From the NCBI GenBank assembly GCA_033442325.1, contig JAWQFM010000009.1, positions 1,229,863 through 1,272,959 of the forward strand: a stretch of 43,097 nucleotides of DNA, in the 5' to 3' direction. Under the pieces are notes generated by a model, which searched no databases, had not been told where the DNA came from, and worked only from the letters and a program-made list of their open reading frames with translations. A program made the translations under genes and the position numbers. Shown here piece after piece: positions 23,680 through 37,148 of this stretch. Every line of letters begins with the position of its first letter. Positions within the stretch are counted from its first letter, which is position 1. This stretch comes from Salpingoeca rosetta (taxonomy: Eukaryota > Protista > Choanoflagellata).

Positions 23680-26352
23680 ACCTGCGCTCATGCAGCGACG
23701 GGAGTTGTCGCTTGGGCCATAGCACGTGTAGTGGTTGTCACTCCCGCGATGCCCGAAGAAGAACCGGTTGCACGATTGATCCAAGTCACCACTGACGTAA
23801 TACGTGTCAAGCAGGTTAAGGCCGCCGCCGTTGTCATACCCGCGCATGTCCCCCGTGTTCCAGTTACCATCACACTCGGCAAGCGTCGGTGCAAGGCAGT
23901 GAATGTGCACTGAAGCAAAAGCGGACGACAACAATGTACCAAAAGGAAACCCACAGGGTGTGATAGTGAGATTGAGCACAAAGCAAACACAAGGTATGCC
24001 ATGCGTACAAGCAGCTGCCAGCACACACACACACACACACACATATGCAACACTCACATGTACGCACACACACATACACTCTCACACACACATATTCAGG
24101 CACACTCACACACACACACGTACTCACATGTACGCACGCACACACCTACACTCACACTCTCACACACACATACTCAGACACACTCACAAGTACACAAGCA
24201 CACAAGTACACCCATGCAAACCAAGCGTGGTTCGACGCACCTTCATCCAGTGCGAGACCAAGGTCTATTCGCGTGTCCACATACGAGTGGGGCGTGATGA
24301 TGTACAAGTTGTTGTTTGTGCAGCCCGACTCGATCTTCCACACGCGAAAGTCAGAGGCTGACGACTTGATGCTGTTGATTTGCACGTCTGAGAGCTTGCT
24401 GAAGGATGACACGAGGTCCTTCGTGGCAATGTTGCCCACGGATCCTATTTCATGTATGACACACACGCGCGCAAACCAAGGTGAGGCGTTGCCGGGCAAT
24501 GACAGCCTCTTGTCCGAGGCCTTACTTCATTGTCTCCACATCGCTTCAGAGCAGCGCATGTGTACACACAGACTTCCAAGACCATTCTCGAAACAGCATC
24601 GTTATGGCCTTGGCCTCACCACTGCAAACACATATGCACACACAAACCTGTGCTGTCATCGGTCCAGCCCACGTAGTTCTGTCCCGGATACTGAAGCACC
24701 TTCGCCCACTTGCCGCCATCGCGCTGGAAGTCACAAAACGCCTGTGCTCCCAAAAGTGGCACATGACGAAGATACTCATCGTTGTCGTGAGCGCCACCGA
24801 TACAAAAACACAGTCACAGATGCACACACACTCTCTCTCACACACACAAATACACACACGCACTCATTCACTCACTCACTCACTCACTCACTCACTCACA
24901 AATTCAAACACACACACACACAAATACACACACGCACTCATTCACTCACTCACTCACTCACTCACTCACTCACAAATACACACACACACAAATACACACA
25001 CGCACTCACTCACTCACTCACTCACTCACTCACTCACTCACTCACAAATTCAAACACACACACACACAAATACACACACGCACTCATTCACTCACTCACT
25101 CACTCACTCACTCACTCACTCACAAATACAAACACACACACACACCGTGAAAACGCCGGTGGAGGTGGAAAAGTAGTAGACGCCGTCATCTTTCGATGTC
25201 ACTTCGCCGCAGGTGGATGCAGGGGAATCCGGAACAAGGCCACGGCTCGATGCCTGCAGGCAATAGCAACAGCAACACAGCACAAGAAAGAACAACGCAC
25301 ACGCACACACACGCACACACACGCACACACACGCACACACCATGAGCTCAGTCAAGCTCTTCTTGACACCATGCCTTGTCACTTAACGCAAATCTCGCCT
25401 GAGTGTTCAACCTCGCGTGTGAGAGACATTGACTGTCTACCTTTTGGAAAGCTGCAAAGTCTGCTTGCTTGGACAGGATGGTTGAGATCTGGCCTTGGAC
25501 TTGCAACAGCGTGTCTGCTTGGCTGGTCTGTGTTGATTCGCTTGCAGAGAGCTTTGACGTGAGCTCGCCCACGACGCCACCCATGCCCTCGAAGAGCGTG
25601 GATACCTCCTGGCTCAGCTCGCCGGTGGCCATGCTGGCCTCCGCGGCGGCTCGGTTCACATGCCGCTGCACATCTTGGATGCTGTCTGTGAGGCTGGCGT
25701 TGACGCCATCCAGGGACGACCACGTGGCGGCGAGAGACGCGTTGATGGCAGCGAAAGAGCGGGCAATGGCCGCCTCCATGGAGCTGAACCGCGGCACAAG
25801 CGCATCCGTCACCACCTCGCTGGTGGTGGAGATTTCGGTGCGCAGCGCGCCCTCCACGTCGGTCACGGTGTCGTTCACGCGCTGCACGTCGCCCCTTCAA
25901 AGCCAGCGTTGGCAGTGTTGACAAAAACGCCCTTGATGTCCGTGACGCTCACGGGATGGTCATTGTTGTTGCTGCTTGCCGTTTTTGGTCTGGAACACAA
26001 ATGTCGTTGCCAGCCCTGCAGGTACAGCGTGCCGTTTGCGGGCCCACATCTGCGGGGGCTCCATTTCCGTTGTCGCTGCCGGCAGTGCCGAAAGCATTTC
26101 CCGGCAGGTCTGCAATCACCCTGCGACACTGCCCGGGAACCCGAACTGACAGTTTGAGGGTGGCCGTGCCAGGCCGAGGAAGCCTGGTGAGGCCTGCACC
26201 ACGTTCGTCGGCACGGTGGCATTGCTGTTGGCAGCAGCATCGGTGTCACACGTGTCTGCCTCCCTGTGCATTTCACAACACCAAGAAAATTGCTCCCAGT
26301 ACCCCAGCACGAGTGCCAGCAGCACCGACACGCGCGCAGTCACGCCACACAT
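22667..26352 (-). CDS. Secreted multi-exon protein: signal peptide, cubilin-NTD-like segment, coiled coil and two fibrinogen/COLFI-like modules (copy 1; frameshifts in exon 1 as assembled)
   Basis: Signal peptide MCGVTARVSVLLALVL and NGTLYLQ segment, then a heptad region. Module 1 is PDSPASTCGEV..DGVYYF..AFCDFQRDGGKWAKVL...FTIWVKP. Module 2 is PDSPAQSCSTV..AYYL..GFCDQTGADGGWLKVL...LQIFVKP. Several indels relative to copy 2 lie at ~25890-26300. Confidence 0.65.
24850..25145. repeat. Compound (CACT)n/(CA)n minisatellite, longer here than in copy 2 (~35250-35408)
   Basis: Repeated cacacacaaatacacacacgcactcattcactcactc blocks. Confidence 0.85.
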
Positions 26353-26780
26353 TGTGTATGTGTCTGTGTCTGTGTCTGTCTGTGTCTGTGTGAGCAGCTG
26401 GTTGCGGTGGGGAAGGGGCAAACAACAAAACAACAGCTTGCTTCTTGCTTGCTTGCTTCTTGTGATTTGAAAACAAAACTGAAATCAGTTCAAATCGGGA
26501 GCTTTTGTCAGAATTGCATTTCCTGATCAGAGGCCACACAGAGCAACCTGCAGCAGCCAACACCAACATCATCAGCATCGGCACAAGCGTCTGTGCAGGC
26601 TGAGGTGCTGCAATCGTTGATGGCACTCGTGCGTCGCCACCATGCACTTGCTGCAGCTGGCAGGCACAACAGGGTGGTGATGGCGGCGATGGTGGTGATG
26701 GTGAAGTGGCATCGGTGCAGAAGAAGCAGCACGTGCAGCGGCAACAGGTGCCGCGTCGCAGGATGAGGGATTGGGGGTGG

Positions 26781-26856
<76 letters not shown>

Positions 26857-26870
26857 AGAGATGAACACAC

Positions 26871-28439
26871 CACGTGCGGGTAGCCGAGGCGTCAAAGGAA
26901 GCGACGGTCACGGCAACATTGAGGGAGGAGATGGTAGTGAGGCCAAGCTGGATGGTGTACTCGATCTGGCACCAGGGGCCGTGCAGCAATGGAGGGATGG
27001 TGTTGGCAGCAAGGCGCAACGAGGGAAGGCGCACACACAGAGGGGAAGGACGGAAACAAAGGGCGGAGAGAGAGACACGCGCATGCACACACAGCACATA
27101 CACACACAGAGGCACAGCACACAGACACGCAGCACACAGCAAAGAGACATACACGACACCTTTTGCACAGCGTTGATGCAGCGTTGGGTGGATGCGTTGT
27201 AACGGATGGTGCAATCACCATCACATCCACCTGTAAAGGCAAAGCAAGGGCGGGAAAATGTCATGCGGGGTCATGTGAGGTCATGTGAAGTCACAGACAA
27301 TGAGACACTCATACACACACACACACCAAACACTCCTCACACACACACCAAACACTCCTCACACAACACATCACACACACAGACACATACACACAAACAC
27401 TTCCTTACACTACACACACACACACCACACACAACACCACATCACTTCCCACTTCCTCCCTCCTCCTTCCCAAGGTCTCGACTGACTGTAAGAGATTTGG
27501 ATGTTGGTTGTGATGCCTGTGTATGTTGCAAGGACCGCGGCGTCTGCTGGGACCGGCACATCAAGGTCGCCACCAGGACTGCACATTGCCCAAACACGCT
27601 CGGCATCGTCTGCCGCTGGGATGATGCGGGTGCACGTGCCTGGCGCAGACGCAAAGAGGCGCGTTGGATTGCGTGGTGCACCCCCCTTCCTGCAGCGTGT
27701 CGGCGGGAAAAGGCAGCGGTGTGAGCGTCGTGCTGTCCTGCGTGATGTACACGATCGCGCCATACGTGACGTAAAAGGGGAAAGGGTCTTGGCGTGGGAT
27801 GGTGTTGCGTGGCGGAATGAAGATGGCCTCCTCCGGCGTGTACTGCAGCGTCTCGAGGCTGAAGGATATGGGGTGGGGGCGTGCAGCGTCTGCGAATGCC
27901 TGGAACGCGGCGTCATTGAGCGGCGTGCGCGGCTCCCTGAACGAGATGCGGTCATTTGTGTTGTCGACCAGCACGCACGCGATGCTGCTGCCCTCTGCTG
28001 CTTGGATGGCCTGGTTTCTGCCCTCGTTGGTGACGAAGAAGTCGTCGTACACGCACCTGCGCAAGGGCTTGATGTCTGGCGTGTTGCAGTAGGCAAAGCG
28101 CACTTTCACCAGCGTCGTGCATGACGGATCACAGCAGCAGTTTGCGTTGCACTCCGCCGTGAGATCGCATGGGCACTCGGCAAACGAGGATGCGCATGGA
28201 TCTCAGCTCCGCACCTGCGCAAACGCGGGCGGCGTTGTTGTTCAAGTTGCTGACAGTGCACTTGTTAAGTTGCTGTTACTGCAGCTGTTGTGGTGGTCGT
28301 CGTCGGAAGAGTGGTGGTGGTGGTGGGTGTTCTGGGAAGCTGCAGGTGCAGCCATGGGCACAGCAGCAGCAACAACAACAACAGCGACAAGAACAGCCAC
28401 CACAGCACCTCTGCGGCACATCGATGCACGTCGAACCAT
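26871..28439 (-). pseudogene. Tectonic (TCTN/DUF1619)-like 5' gene fragment, copy 1, disabled
   Basis: Signal peptide, then the tectonic Cys motif ECPCDLTAECNANCCCDPSC, followed by CVLVDN..F.EP, YGAIVYI..LPFP, NPTRLF..CTR and CINAVQK|IEYTIQL. The frame is broken upstream of the Cys motif (TGA at 28205-28203) and near 27685. No downstream tectonic exons are visible. Confidence 0.7.
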
Positions 28440-28940
28440 GGCCGTGCCCATACGGAGACAAGACAGAGACAGTCCGCCGACGACACAGCAAAGCAGACAA
28501 CTGCTGTTGCCGAGGAATCATGGAAATCATCTTCATTTTTCGGCCTGTGGTTTGCCATTTTCCCTCGCTCGGTTTTTCAAAAACGAAACACCACCAACAT
28601 CAACCACCACCCGCGACAAGACAACAAGACAATCGCAGACACTCAAGATGACAGCCGCGCAGGCTTCGACACCGGTGAGGCCATCTGACAAAGTGTGGTG
28701 GGCCATTGAGGGCTGAGCAAGCGATGGAGAGGGAGCCGTTCAACGTGCCTTGCAGCACGCAGCATGTGCAACGGTGACGGCCCAGCATCACTTGTTGTCG
28801 AAGCACTTGCCTGCTAGCACAAATGCGCGCGCTTTTTGAGTTGCTCACACATGTACGCCTGCACACACGCACACACACACACACACGCGCGCACATATGA
28901 TGGACGATGCAAGGGAGAGGATTCAAACAACAGTACCGCA

Positions 28941-29793
28941 ATGTCCACCTCTCAAAAGGGGAAAACCAAAGAGCCTGAGCTCATGACAAGCCTGTCGACA
29001 AACGACGTGAGTTATTGTTTGGGTTGTGTGCGAACGTGTGGCGATAGCCCGAGAGGGCGCGTGTATGAGTGTCTGGCTATGTGCATGTACATGTGCGCAC
29101 CTGTGTATGTGTGAGTGTGTGCACCTGTGTATGTGTGAGTGTGCACCTGTGTGTATGTTTACGTTTGTGTATATGTATGTGTGTGTGCATATGTGTGTGC
29201 ATGTGTGTGCGTTTGAGTGTGCATATGTGTGTGTGCGTGTGTGCACTCGGAAACCATCATCAACACGCTCTTGGCGCCAAAATTGTCTACGTGCACACCA
29301 GCCATAATCTCACTTTGTGGGCACCTGCTGTACTTCGTCCAATCGACCCGCCCTTCTTGCTTTCAGGCTGGCGTTCTTGCGCGCGCATATCTGCAAGCAG
29401 CAACAGACGAGTACAACAACCTTTTGGGGGACGCTCAGCTAGGCCCCGACTCAGACTACCAAACCTCTGTTGAGCAGATCAAAACAATCGCCGCCAAGTA
29501 CAAGCTCAAAGCCTTTCCTCTGTCACCGAAATCTGAGGCACAGCAATACGTCAAGAGCTTGCTGGAGAAGCCCTTCACCGACAACATCAAGGACCTGCTC
29601 CAGCAAGTCCGCAGTGTGCTGGATGAAACGACGCCGACGCCACAGGTGACCTTGAGGGTTGCAAAAGGGTTCCTGAAGAAGCTTGACAACGTGACACGCA
29701 AAGGGCTGTCCGAAGAGCAACGGCAGTTTCGACAAGGTGCGCCTGTCTCACTCTGCCTTGAATGTGCGGCTGTGTTACCAAATGAGCTGATGC

Positions 29794-29859
<66 letters not shown>

Positions 29860-32377
29860 ATCAGTGTTGTTAGATTACTGCGAGCAGCCCTGTGCATGAG
29901 CACCCTGGTTGACTGACACGTTGCTGGCAGATTGTTTTGAACTCATACTGGCTGTTTGGTGTGGTTCGTGGCAGATTTGGAGTCAAGCGTAACCCCCAGC
30001 AGCGCTGCCAAGGAGAAGGAGAAGAACAAGGATTCGGCCCACAGAACAGTCTATGCGCAGCCGTTCTCTGCCGAGCTTCTCTGCCCCAACTGGCACCTGC
30101 ACAACGAGGGGTTTCAACGGGCAGTCGATCAGGGCACAAAGAGGGGTAAGGTCGTTGTCGAGCATGTGTTTGCTTGCTGTGTACACGTGTACATGTGAGC
30201 GTCCTTTTCACGAGAGAACGTGGCATGTGTGTGTGTGTTTATGTGTCGGTGTTGATGCATGGTGGTTGGGTCTTTGGCACTCGTGCGCGGGTGTGCTGGC
30301 ACTGGAAGGGAATGTCTCTCTGTCGCTCACACCAACGCTGCACCATGCACGCCCACCGCACTGCAGGCTTTTCTGGCGTATTTTGCACGCCAGAGACGCG
30401 GTTCAACGACCGCATGAAGATACCTCTGCTCAAGGCTTGTGGTGATGCAAAAGTGGACGTCAAGAGCCATGCATCATTTGAGGCCGACACCGCTGTTGTC
30501 GCCGACTATGTTGTGCGTCTGATGTCAAACCTTGACTTCTACCCGCTGTTGCTTGAGCTCAAGACCGATGGCAGCCAGCCGACGCAGGATGCTGCCAAGG
30601 CGCAGGTGCTGGAGTACGCATCACGGGCCATCAAGTCTGCGGGGCCGCAATGGCGTAAGTTGAAGGGGTATTTGTTTCCCTTTGCCATCACCGTCTGCGG
30701 GCAGAACGTGTCCGTGTACGCGTGCACGCTGGGCGATGAGGTGCACGGCAAGGAGGCCTTTCCCAGCGTCCTCCACACAAAACTTTGCGACACCAAAGTG
30801 AGTTGCCACCGCATGTGCGAACAGAGAAGAAGGGTGTGCGTTGTGTGTGTGTGTGTGTGTGGCACACATGCTCCTGCGCGTGTGCATGTGCAGTTGCTAT
30901 CGACTGGCTGTCGCCTTGTATACTGCTAATTGTCGTTGGACATGGCGCTCACATTGGTTTCCTGTGCTGTGGACTGTAGTTGGAGAAACTCGGGAATGTC
31001 ATTGAGTGGCTGCTTGACAAAGAGCACATGGCGCATTACGAGAATATTGCCGCCATTGCCCAGGTAGCCGTCGCAGGAGTGATTTGATGCCCACTTACTC
31101 TGTTGCCTGCTTGTCTTCTTGCTGTCTTGCTCGCCTGCTGTCTTGGTATTCTGCCATCATGACACACCTCGCACACAAACGCATATGCACACACAAATCC
31201 TGTGTGCGTGCGTGTATCGTCTTTCTTTCGTTCAACAATCAACAATGATACTCACTTCCGCACTCGCACACACACACACACATACGCCATGGCACAGGGA
31301 AAAGGGAGCGGTCTCACCTCCATTCTGGAGCACAGAGTCTGCAATGTGTCATCTACAGCTGACGGTGGTGCGCGCAACAACAGTGGCAACGGCGACACCA
31401 ACGACAGCGCTGATGGGGATGTGCAGAATGAGGAAGAGCGCGACAAGGCAGCCACGCAGACCGACACAGCAGACAACGGCAAGGAGGGGCATCAGCGTCA
31501 GCAGCTTGCGGTCACCAAAGCAGCACGGGCGAGGTCTGCCAAAGTTGCCACGACATACGAAATGTGCGTCTACAAAGGCGATGAGGATACGGTCACGGTT
31601 GCATTGGTGAACGGCGAGGTGTTGAAGGTGTGCGGCGGCCACGAGATTGGCGCTGCCAAGGAGGCTAGCAACGAACGGAAAGGCTGGCAACACGTCTATC
31701 CAGAGGAAACGGTGAAAGTGCACGAGCGGTCACGCCCCGTGTTTGCCTGTCCCGACCTATCGAAGCATATAACGGGCGCGGGCACCGACGGCAAGAAGGC
31801 GCTTCTTGGCACGGGCATCAAGGACGAAGCGGGGCTTGCGGCCGCTGCTGAGTACCTCCTCCGCTTGTCGGAACGGGATCTATGTCACCGTGACATTCGC
31901 TCGCACAACATCCTGCGCAACGGCTGCATCGTCGACTTTGGTTTCCTCTGCAAGGCTCGCTCGCGGGATGAAGCACAGGCCCCCCCTTCGTCGCTTCCCG
32001 AATCTTACTCCACGCGGCTGCGGGAGCGCCCTCGCAAGTGGCTGCTGCATCACGACGCAGAAGCGATTCCTGCAGACGTTGTTCTGGATTGGGAATCGCT
32101 GCTGTTTGCATACGTATTCTCCTCCACTTCTCTCTCTGATGCCATGTACCGGTTGCTTGAGGGCAAGGCGTTCCTGTTGCAGTGGCTGGAGGCCAAGTTG
32201 GCCAAGTTGGACAAGGACGAGAAGCAGGCGACAGCAGCTCTGCAGGACAAGAGCGACTACGACAAGAAGAAGGAGACAGCAGCGCTGCAGGACAAGAGCG
32301 ACGACGACAAGAAGAAGGAGGAGACAGCAAAGCTGCTGCGCAACATTATGCAGCACATTGCTTGCGCGTACTTCTAA
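28941..32377 (+). CDS. PD-(D/E)XK nuclease + protein kinase fusion (Crinkler/CR-effector-like), copy 1 (exons 28941-29006, 29367-29736, 29975-30145, 30367-30797, 30980-31063, 31298-32377)
   Basis: Exon 4 has PETRF..VADYVV..LLLELK..AKAQVLEY (nuclease motifs D, ExK, QxxxY). The last exon has EVLKV, NERKG, HRDIRSHNIL, IVDFGF and DWESLLF (kinase). All introns are GT-AG and the spliced frame is open. Confidence 0.8.
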
Positions 32378-33454
32378 ATGGAGTGCGCTGCGTGTGTTTG
32401 TGTGTGTGCGTGTGGGTGGGTGGGTGTGGGTGTGGGTGTGGGTATGTGGGTGTGGGTGTTTGGCTTGGACAGAGTGGGAGAGCGCGCACGTGTGTGTATG
32501 AGTGCGAGAAGGTTCATGTGTGTGCGTTGTTTGAATGGATATGCGTGTGTGTGTGTGTGTGCGTGTGTTGTGGGGCTGGAGACGATGATGGTTGCTTCCC
32601 TCTCTTTAAAGCGACCCTCGAGCAGTGTGTTCTTCGTGTTATGTGTGTGAATTGTGCTGCATTAAATGGCCCTACGCCGTGAATCCTCCTACAATCAATC
32701 GCACACACATACACAACAACACAACAACAACAACAACGCCGCTCACCAACAGTGTTTACTCGGCCACCGTCACATCTGCTGCAAGTAGAGCAAGCACGTG
32801 TGCGAATGTATTGCCACACGTTCAAACGCGCACAACCCCCGACATTGAAGTGCGCTCGCTTGCTTTGACAACCCAGCGGGCGAGCGGGTCAAAGTGCTTG
32901 ACTGCAAGGCAAGACAGTGGTGCCGCTGTCGCTGTCGCGTCGTCGGGATGTTTGTGTGTGGTGTAGTTTTCTTACTGTTCCCCTCGAATTCAACCCGCCC
33001 CCTTTGCGCAAGTGTTTGGGCGTTTGTGCTCAATATTCAGCAGCGTTGGACTGCTGTCTTGGCGACGTAGTGTACTGTACACCGTTTCTTTTGTGTGGAT
33101 CTTCTCTGCCTTGCCATCAGCTTCCCAGCACGCTTGACTTGTGTTTTCAACCAACAGTGCAAACAAATCAACCACGCCAAAGACAGGCAAGGCCGTACGC
33201 AGCAAGGAACCACAACAAAATCACGTGCAATTATGTAAAATACAGACACGCACACCATCAGGCAATTCCAATGCACCCGTTTACAACGGCATTATCTGAT
33301 CCGAACCTAGCTGAATGCAACAACGCACACCTCACACAAACAAATACACGCACCACAGCGCATCAAACATGCAATCGCTCATCCAACACACGCGCACGCA
33401 AGCGTGCACCAGCATCACCACCAACAAACAAGCAAACAAGCTACACACGGCAGA

Positions 33455-33723
33455 TCAGTCGTCGAGACTGAAGGGAGGGTATTCGCCTGTGACGGTGTGT
33501 GGAGTTTCATCTTCATCGCCGCCACCAAGTGATGGGGGCAGGGGACTGCTGGGCTGGCGTGGCTGCCACGGTGACAGACCAAGATAGCTCTGTATGCCGC
33601 ACACGCCGTGCACATTCACACGAGATGTGTGAGAAGACAGCGCACAAACAGCGTATCAGACACGCAGACAGGGAAACATTGCACTGGGCACGACTGCAAG
33701 GCTGCACACAAAGGTACACGCGG

Positions 33724-33784
<61 letters not shown>

Positions 33785-33880
33785 ACACCACACCACACCA
33801 CACACACGTCTGGCTTGATGACGTGCACAGCGACGCTGAGCTCACGGTTGATAACGAGCATGGCAGCATCGTTCCCGAAT
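33455..33880 (-). other. Two orphan 3' exons (33880-33808, 33589-33455) of an unidentified gene in the spacer between the duplicates
   Basis: cag|...|gtgtgt and cag|...TGA, reading FGNDAAMLVINRELSVAVHVIKPD|SYLGLSPWQPRQPSSPLPPSLGGGDEDETPHTVTGEYPPFSLDD*. No counterpart in copy 1. Confidence 0.4.
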
Positions 33881-34004
33881 CTGAGAGGTAAAATACACGA
33901 AAACAAATGAACGCCCGTGAGGGGACGTGGGGTGGGTTGCACACGGGTATCAAAAGTTTCAGGCACCTGACAAAGAGCACACACACACACGCACACACAC
34001 ACAC

Positions 34005-34084
<80 letters not shown>

Positions 34085-34086
34085 AC

Positions 34087-36592
34087 CTGCGCTCATGCAG
34101 CGACGGGAGTTGTCGCTTGGGCCATAGCACGTGTAGTGGTTGTCACTCCCGCGATGCCCGAAGAAGAACCGGTTGCACGATTGATCCAAGTCACCACTGA
34201 CGTAATACGTGTCAAGCAGGTTAAGGCCGCCGCCGTTGTCATACCCGCGCATGTCCCCCGTGTTCCAGTTACCATCACACTCGGCAAGCGTCGGTGCAAG
34301 GCAGTGAATGTGCACTGAAGCAAAAGCGGACGACAACAATGTACCAAAAGGAAACCCACAGGGTGTGATAGTGAGATTGAGCACAAAGCAAACACAAGGT
34401 ATGCCATGCGTACAAGCAGCTGCCAGCACACACACACACACACACACATATGCAACACTCACATGTACGCACACACACATACACTCTCACACACACATAT
34501 TCAGGCACACTCACACACACACACGTACTCACATGTACGCACGCACACACCTACACTCACACTCTCACACACACATACTCAGACACACTCACAAGTACAC
34601 AAGCACACAAGTACACCCATGCAAACCAAGCGTGGTTCGACGCACCTTCATCCAGTGCGAGACCAAGGTCTATTCGCGTGTCCACATACGAGTGGGGCGT
34701 GATGATGTACAAGTTGTTGTTTGTGCAGCCCGACTCGATCTTCCACACGCGAAAGTCAGAGGCTGACGACTTGATGCTGTTGATTTGCACGTCTGAGAGC
34801 TTGCTGAAGGATGACACGAGGTCCTTCGTGGCAATGTTGCCCACGGATCCTATTTCATGTATGACACACACGCGCGCAAACCAAGGTGAGGCGTTGCCGG
34901 GCAATGACAGCCTCTTGTCCGAGGCCTTACTTCATTGTCTCCACATCGCTTCAGAGCAGCGCATGTGTACACACAGACTTCCAAGACCATTCTCGAAACA
35001 GCATCGTTATGGCCTTGGCCTCACCACTGCAAACACATATGCACACACAAACCTGTGCTGTCATCGGTCCAGCCCACGTAGTTCTGTCCCGGATACTGAA
35101 GCACCTTCGCCCACTTGCCGCCATCGCGCTGGAAGTCACAAAACGCCTGTGCTCCCAAAAGTGGCACATGACGAAGATACTCATCGTTGTCGTGAGCGGC
35201 CACCCGATACAAAAACACAGTCACAGGATGCACACACACTCTCTCTCACACACACAAATACACACACGCGCTCATTCACTCACTCACTCACTCACTCCAC
35301 TCAGTCACAAATTCAAACACACACACACACAAATACACACACGCACTCATTCACTCACTCACTCACTCACTCACTCACTCACTCACAAATACAAACACAC
35401 ACACACACCGTGAAAACGCCGGTGGAGGTGGAAAAGTAGTAGACGCCGTCATCTTTCGATGTCACTTCGCCGCAGGTGGATGCAGGGGAATCCGGAACAA
35501 GGCCACGGCTCGATGCCTGCAGGCAATAGCAACAGCAACACAGCACAAGAAAGAACAACGCACACGCACACACACGCACACACAAGCGCACACACGGAGG
35601 GGGAATGAGGCTAGCAAGCTCGTCTTGAAAGCATGCCTTGTCACTTAACGCAAATCTCGCCTGAGTGTTCAACCTCGCGTGTGAGAGACATTGACTGTCT
35701 ACCTTTTGGAAAGCTGCAAAGTCTGCTTGCTTGGACAGGATGGTTGAGATCTGGCCTTGGACTTGCAACAGCGTGTCTGCTTGGCTGGTCTGTGTTGATT
35801 CGCTTGCAGAGAGCTTTGACGTGAGCTCGCCCACGACGCCACCCATGCCCTCGAAGAGCGTGGATACCTCCTGGCTCAGCTCGCCGGTGGGCCATGCTGG
35901 CCTCCGCGGCGGCTCGGTTCACATGCCGCTGCACATCTTTGGGATGGCTGTCTGTGAGGCTGGCGTTGACGCCATCCAAGGGACGACCACGTGGCGGCGA
36001 GAGACGCGTTGATGGCAGCAAAAGAGCGGGCAATGGCCGCCTCCATGGAGCTGAACCGCGGCACAAGCGCATCCGTCACCACCTCGCTGGTGGTGGAGAT
36101 TTCGGTGCGCAGCGCGCCCTCCACGTCGCTCACGGTGTCGTTCACGCGCTGCACGTCGCCCTTCAAAGCCAGCGTTGGCAGTGTTGACAAAACGCCCTTG
36201 ATGTCCGTGACGCTCACGGGATGGTCATTGTTGTTGCTGCTTGCCGTTTTGGTCTGGAACACAATGTCGTTGCCAGCCTGCAGGTACAGCGTGCCGTTTG
36301 TGGTCCACATCTGCGGCGCTCCATTTCCGTTGTCGCTGCCGGCAGTGCCGAAGCATTCCCGCAGGTCTGCAATCACCTGCGACACTGCCGGATCCGACTG
36401 GCAGTTGAGGGTGGCCGTGCAGGCGAGGTAGCTGGTGAGGCCTGCACACGTCGTCGGCACGGTGCATTGCTGTTGCAGCAGCATCGTGTCACACGTGTCT
36501 GCTCCCTGTGCATTCACAACACCAAGAACATTGCTCCAGTACACCAGCACGAGTGCCAGCAGCACCGACACGCGCGCAGTCACGCCACACAT
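34087..36592 (-). pseudogene. Secreted cubilin-NTD-like/fibrinogen-like gene, copy 2, 3'-truncated by the duplication breakpoint
   Basis: Same exons as copy 1 down to ...RRCMSA|g (34087), but the last three exons are absent. Indels at ~35890-35990. Confidence 0.65.
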
Positions 36593-36627
36593 TGTGTATG
36601 TGTGTCTGTGTGTGTCTGTGTGTGTCT

Positions 36628-36659
<32 letters not shown>

Positions 36660-37066
36660 CTGTGTGTGTGTGTCTGTGTGAGCAGCTGGTTGCGGTGTGG
36701 AGGGGGCAACAACAAAACAACAGCTTGCTTGCTTGTTGCTTGCTTCTTGCTTGTTGTGATGTGATTATTGAAAACAAAACTGAAATCAGTTCAAATCGGG
36801 AGCTTTTGTCAGAATTGCATTTCCTGATCAGAGGCCACACAGAGCAGCAGCCAACACCAACATCATCAGCGTCGGCACAAGCGTCTGTGCAGGCTGAGGT
36901 GCTGCAATCGTTGATGGCACTCGTGCGTCGCCACCATGCACTTGCTGCAGCTGGCAGGCACAACAGGGTGGTGATGGCGGTGATGGTGAAGTGGCATCGG
37001 TGCAGAAGAAGCAGCACGTGCAGCGGCAACAGGTGGCCGCGTCGCAGGATGAGGGATTGGAGGTGG

Positions 37067-37139
<73 letters not shown>

Positions 37140-37148
37140 TGAACACAC

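Larger units (their letters stand above)
23627..32420. repeat. Segmental duplication, copy 1 (~8.8 kb)
   Basis: Colinear with 33979-43020; for example, ORFs at 23731 and 34136 are identical (offset 10405). Both ends fall in CA/TG microsatellites. Confidence 0.95.

Noticed and set aside
28203-28205. In-frame TGA before the tectonic Cys motif as selenocysteine or readthrough
   Set aside because: Copy 2 has CGA here and both copies carry other lesions. No SECIS evidence; decay is the simpler explanation.
28648-28715. MTAAQASTP mini-exon as the start of the nuclease-kinase
   Set aside because: Splicing to the acceptor at ~28934 hits a stop in that frame, so it is more likely a 5' UTR exon or uORF. 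ATG 28941 was used instead.
32255-32320. DYDKKK/DDDKKK resembling a FLAG or enterokinase tag
   Set aside because: Part of a natural 45-bp repeat present in both paralogs, with no vector sequence nearby.
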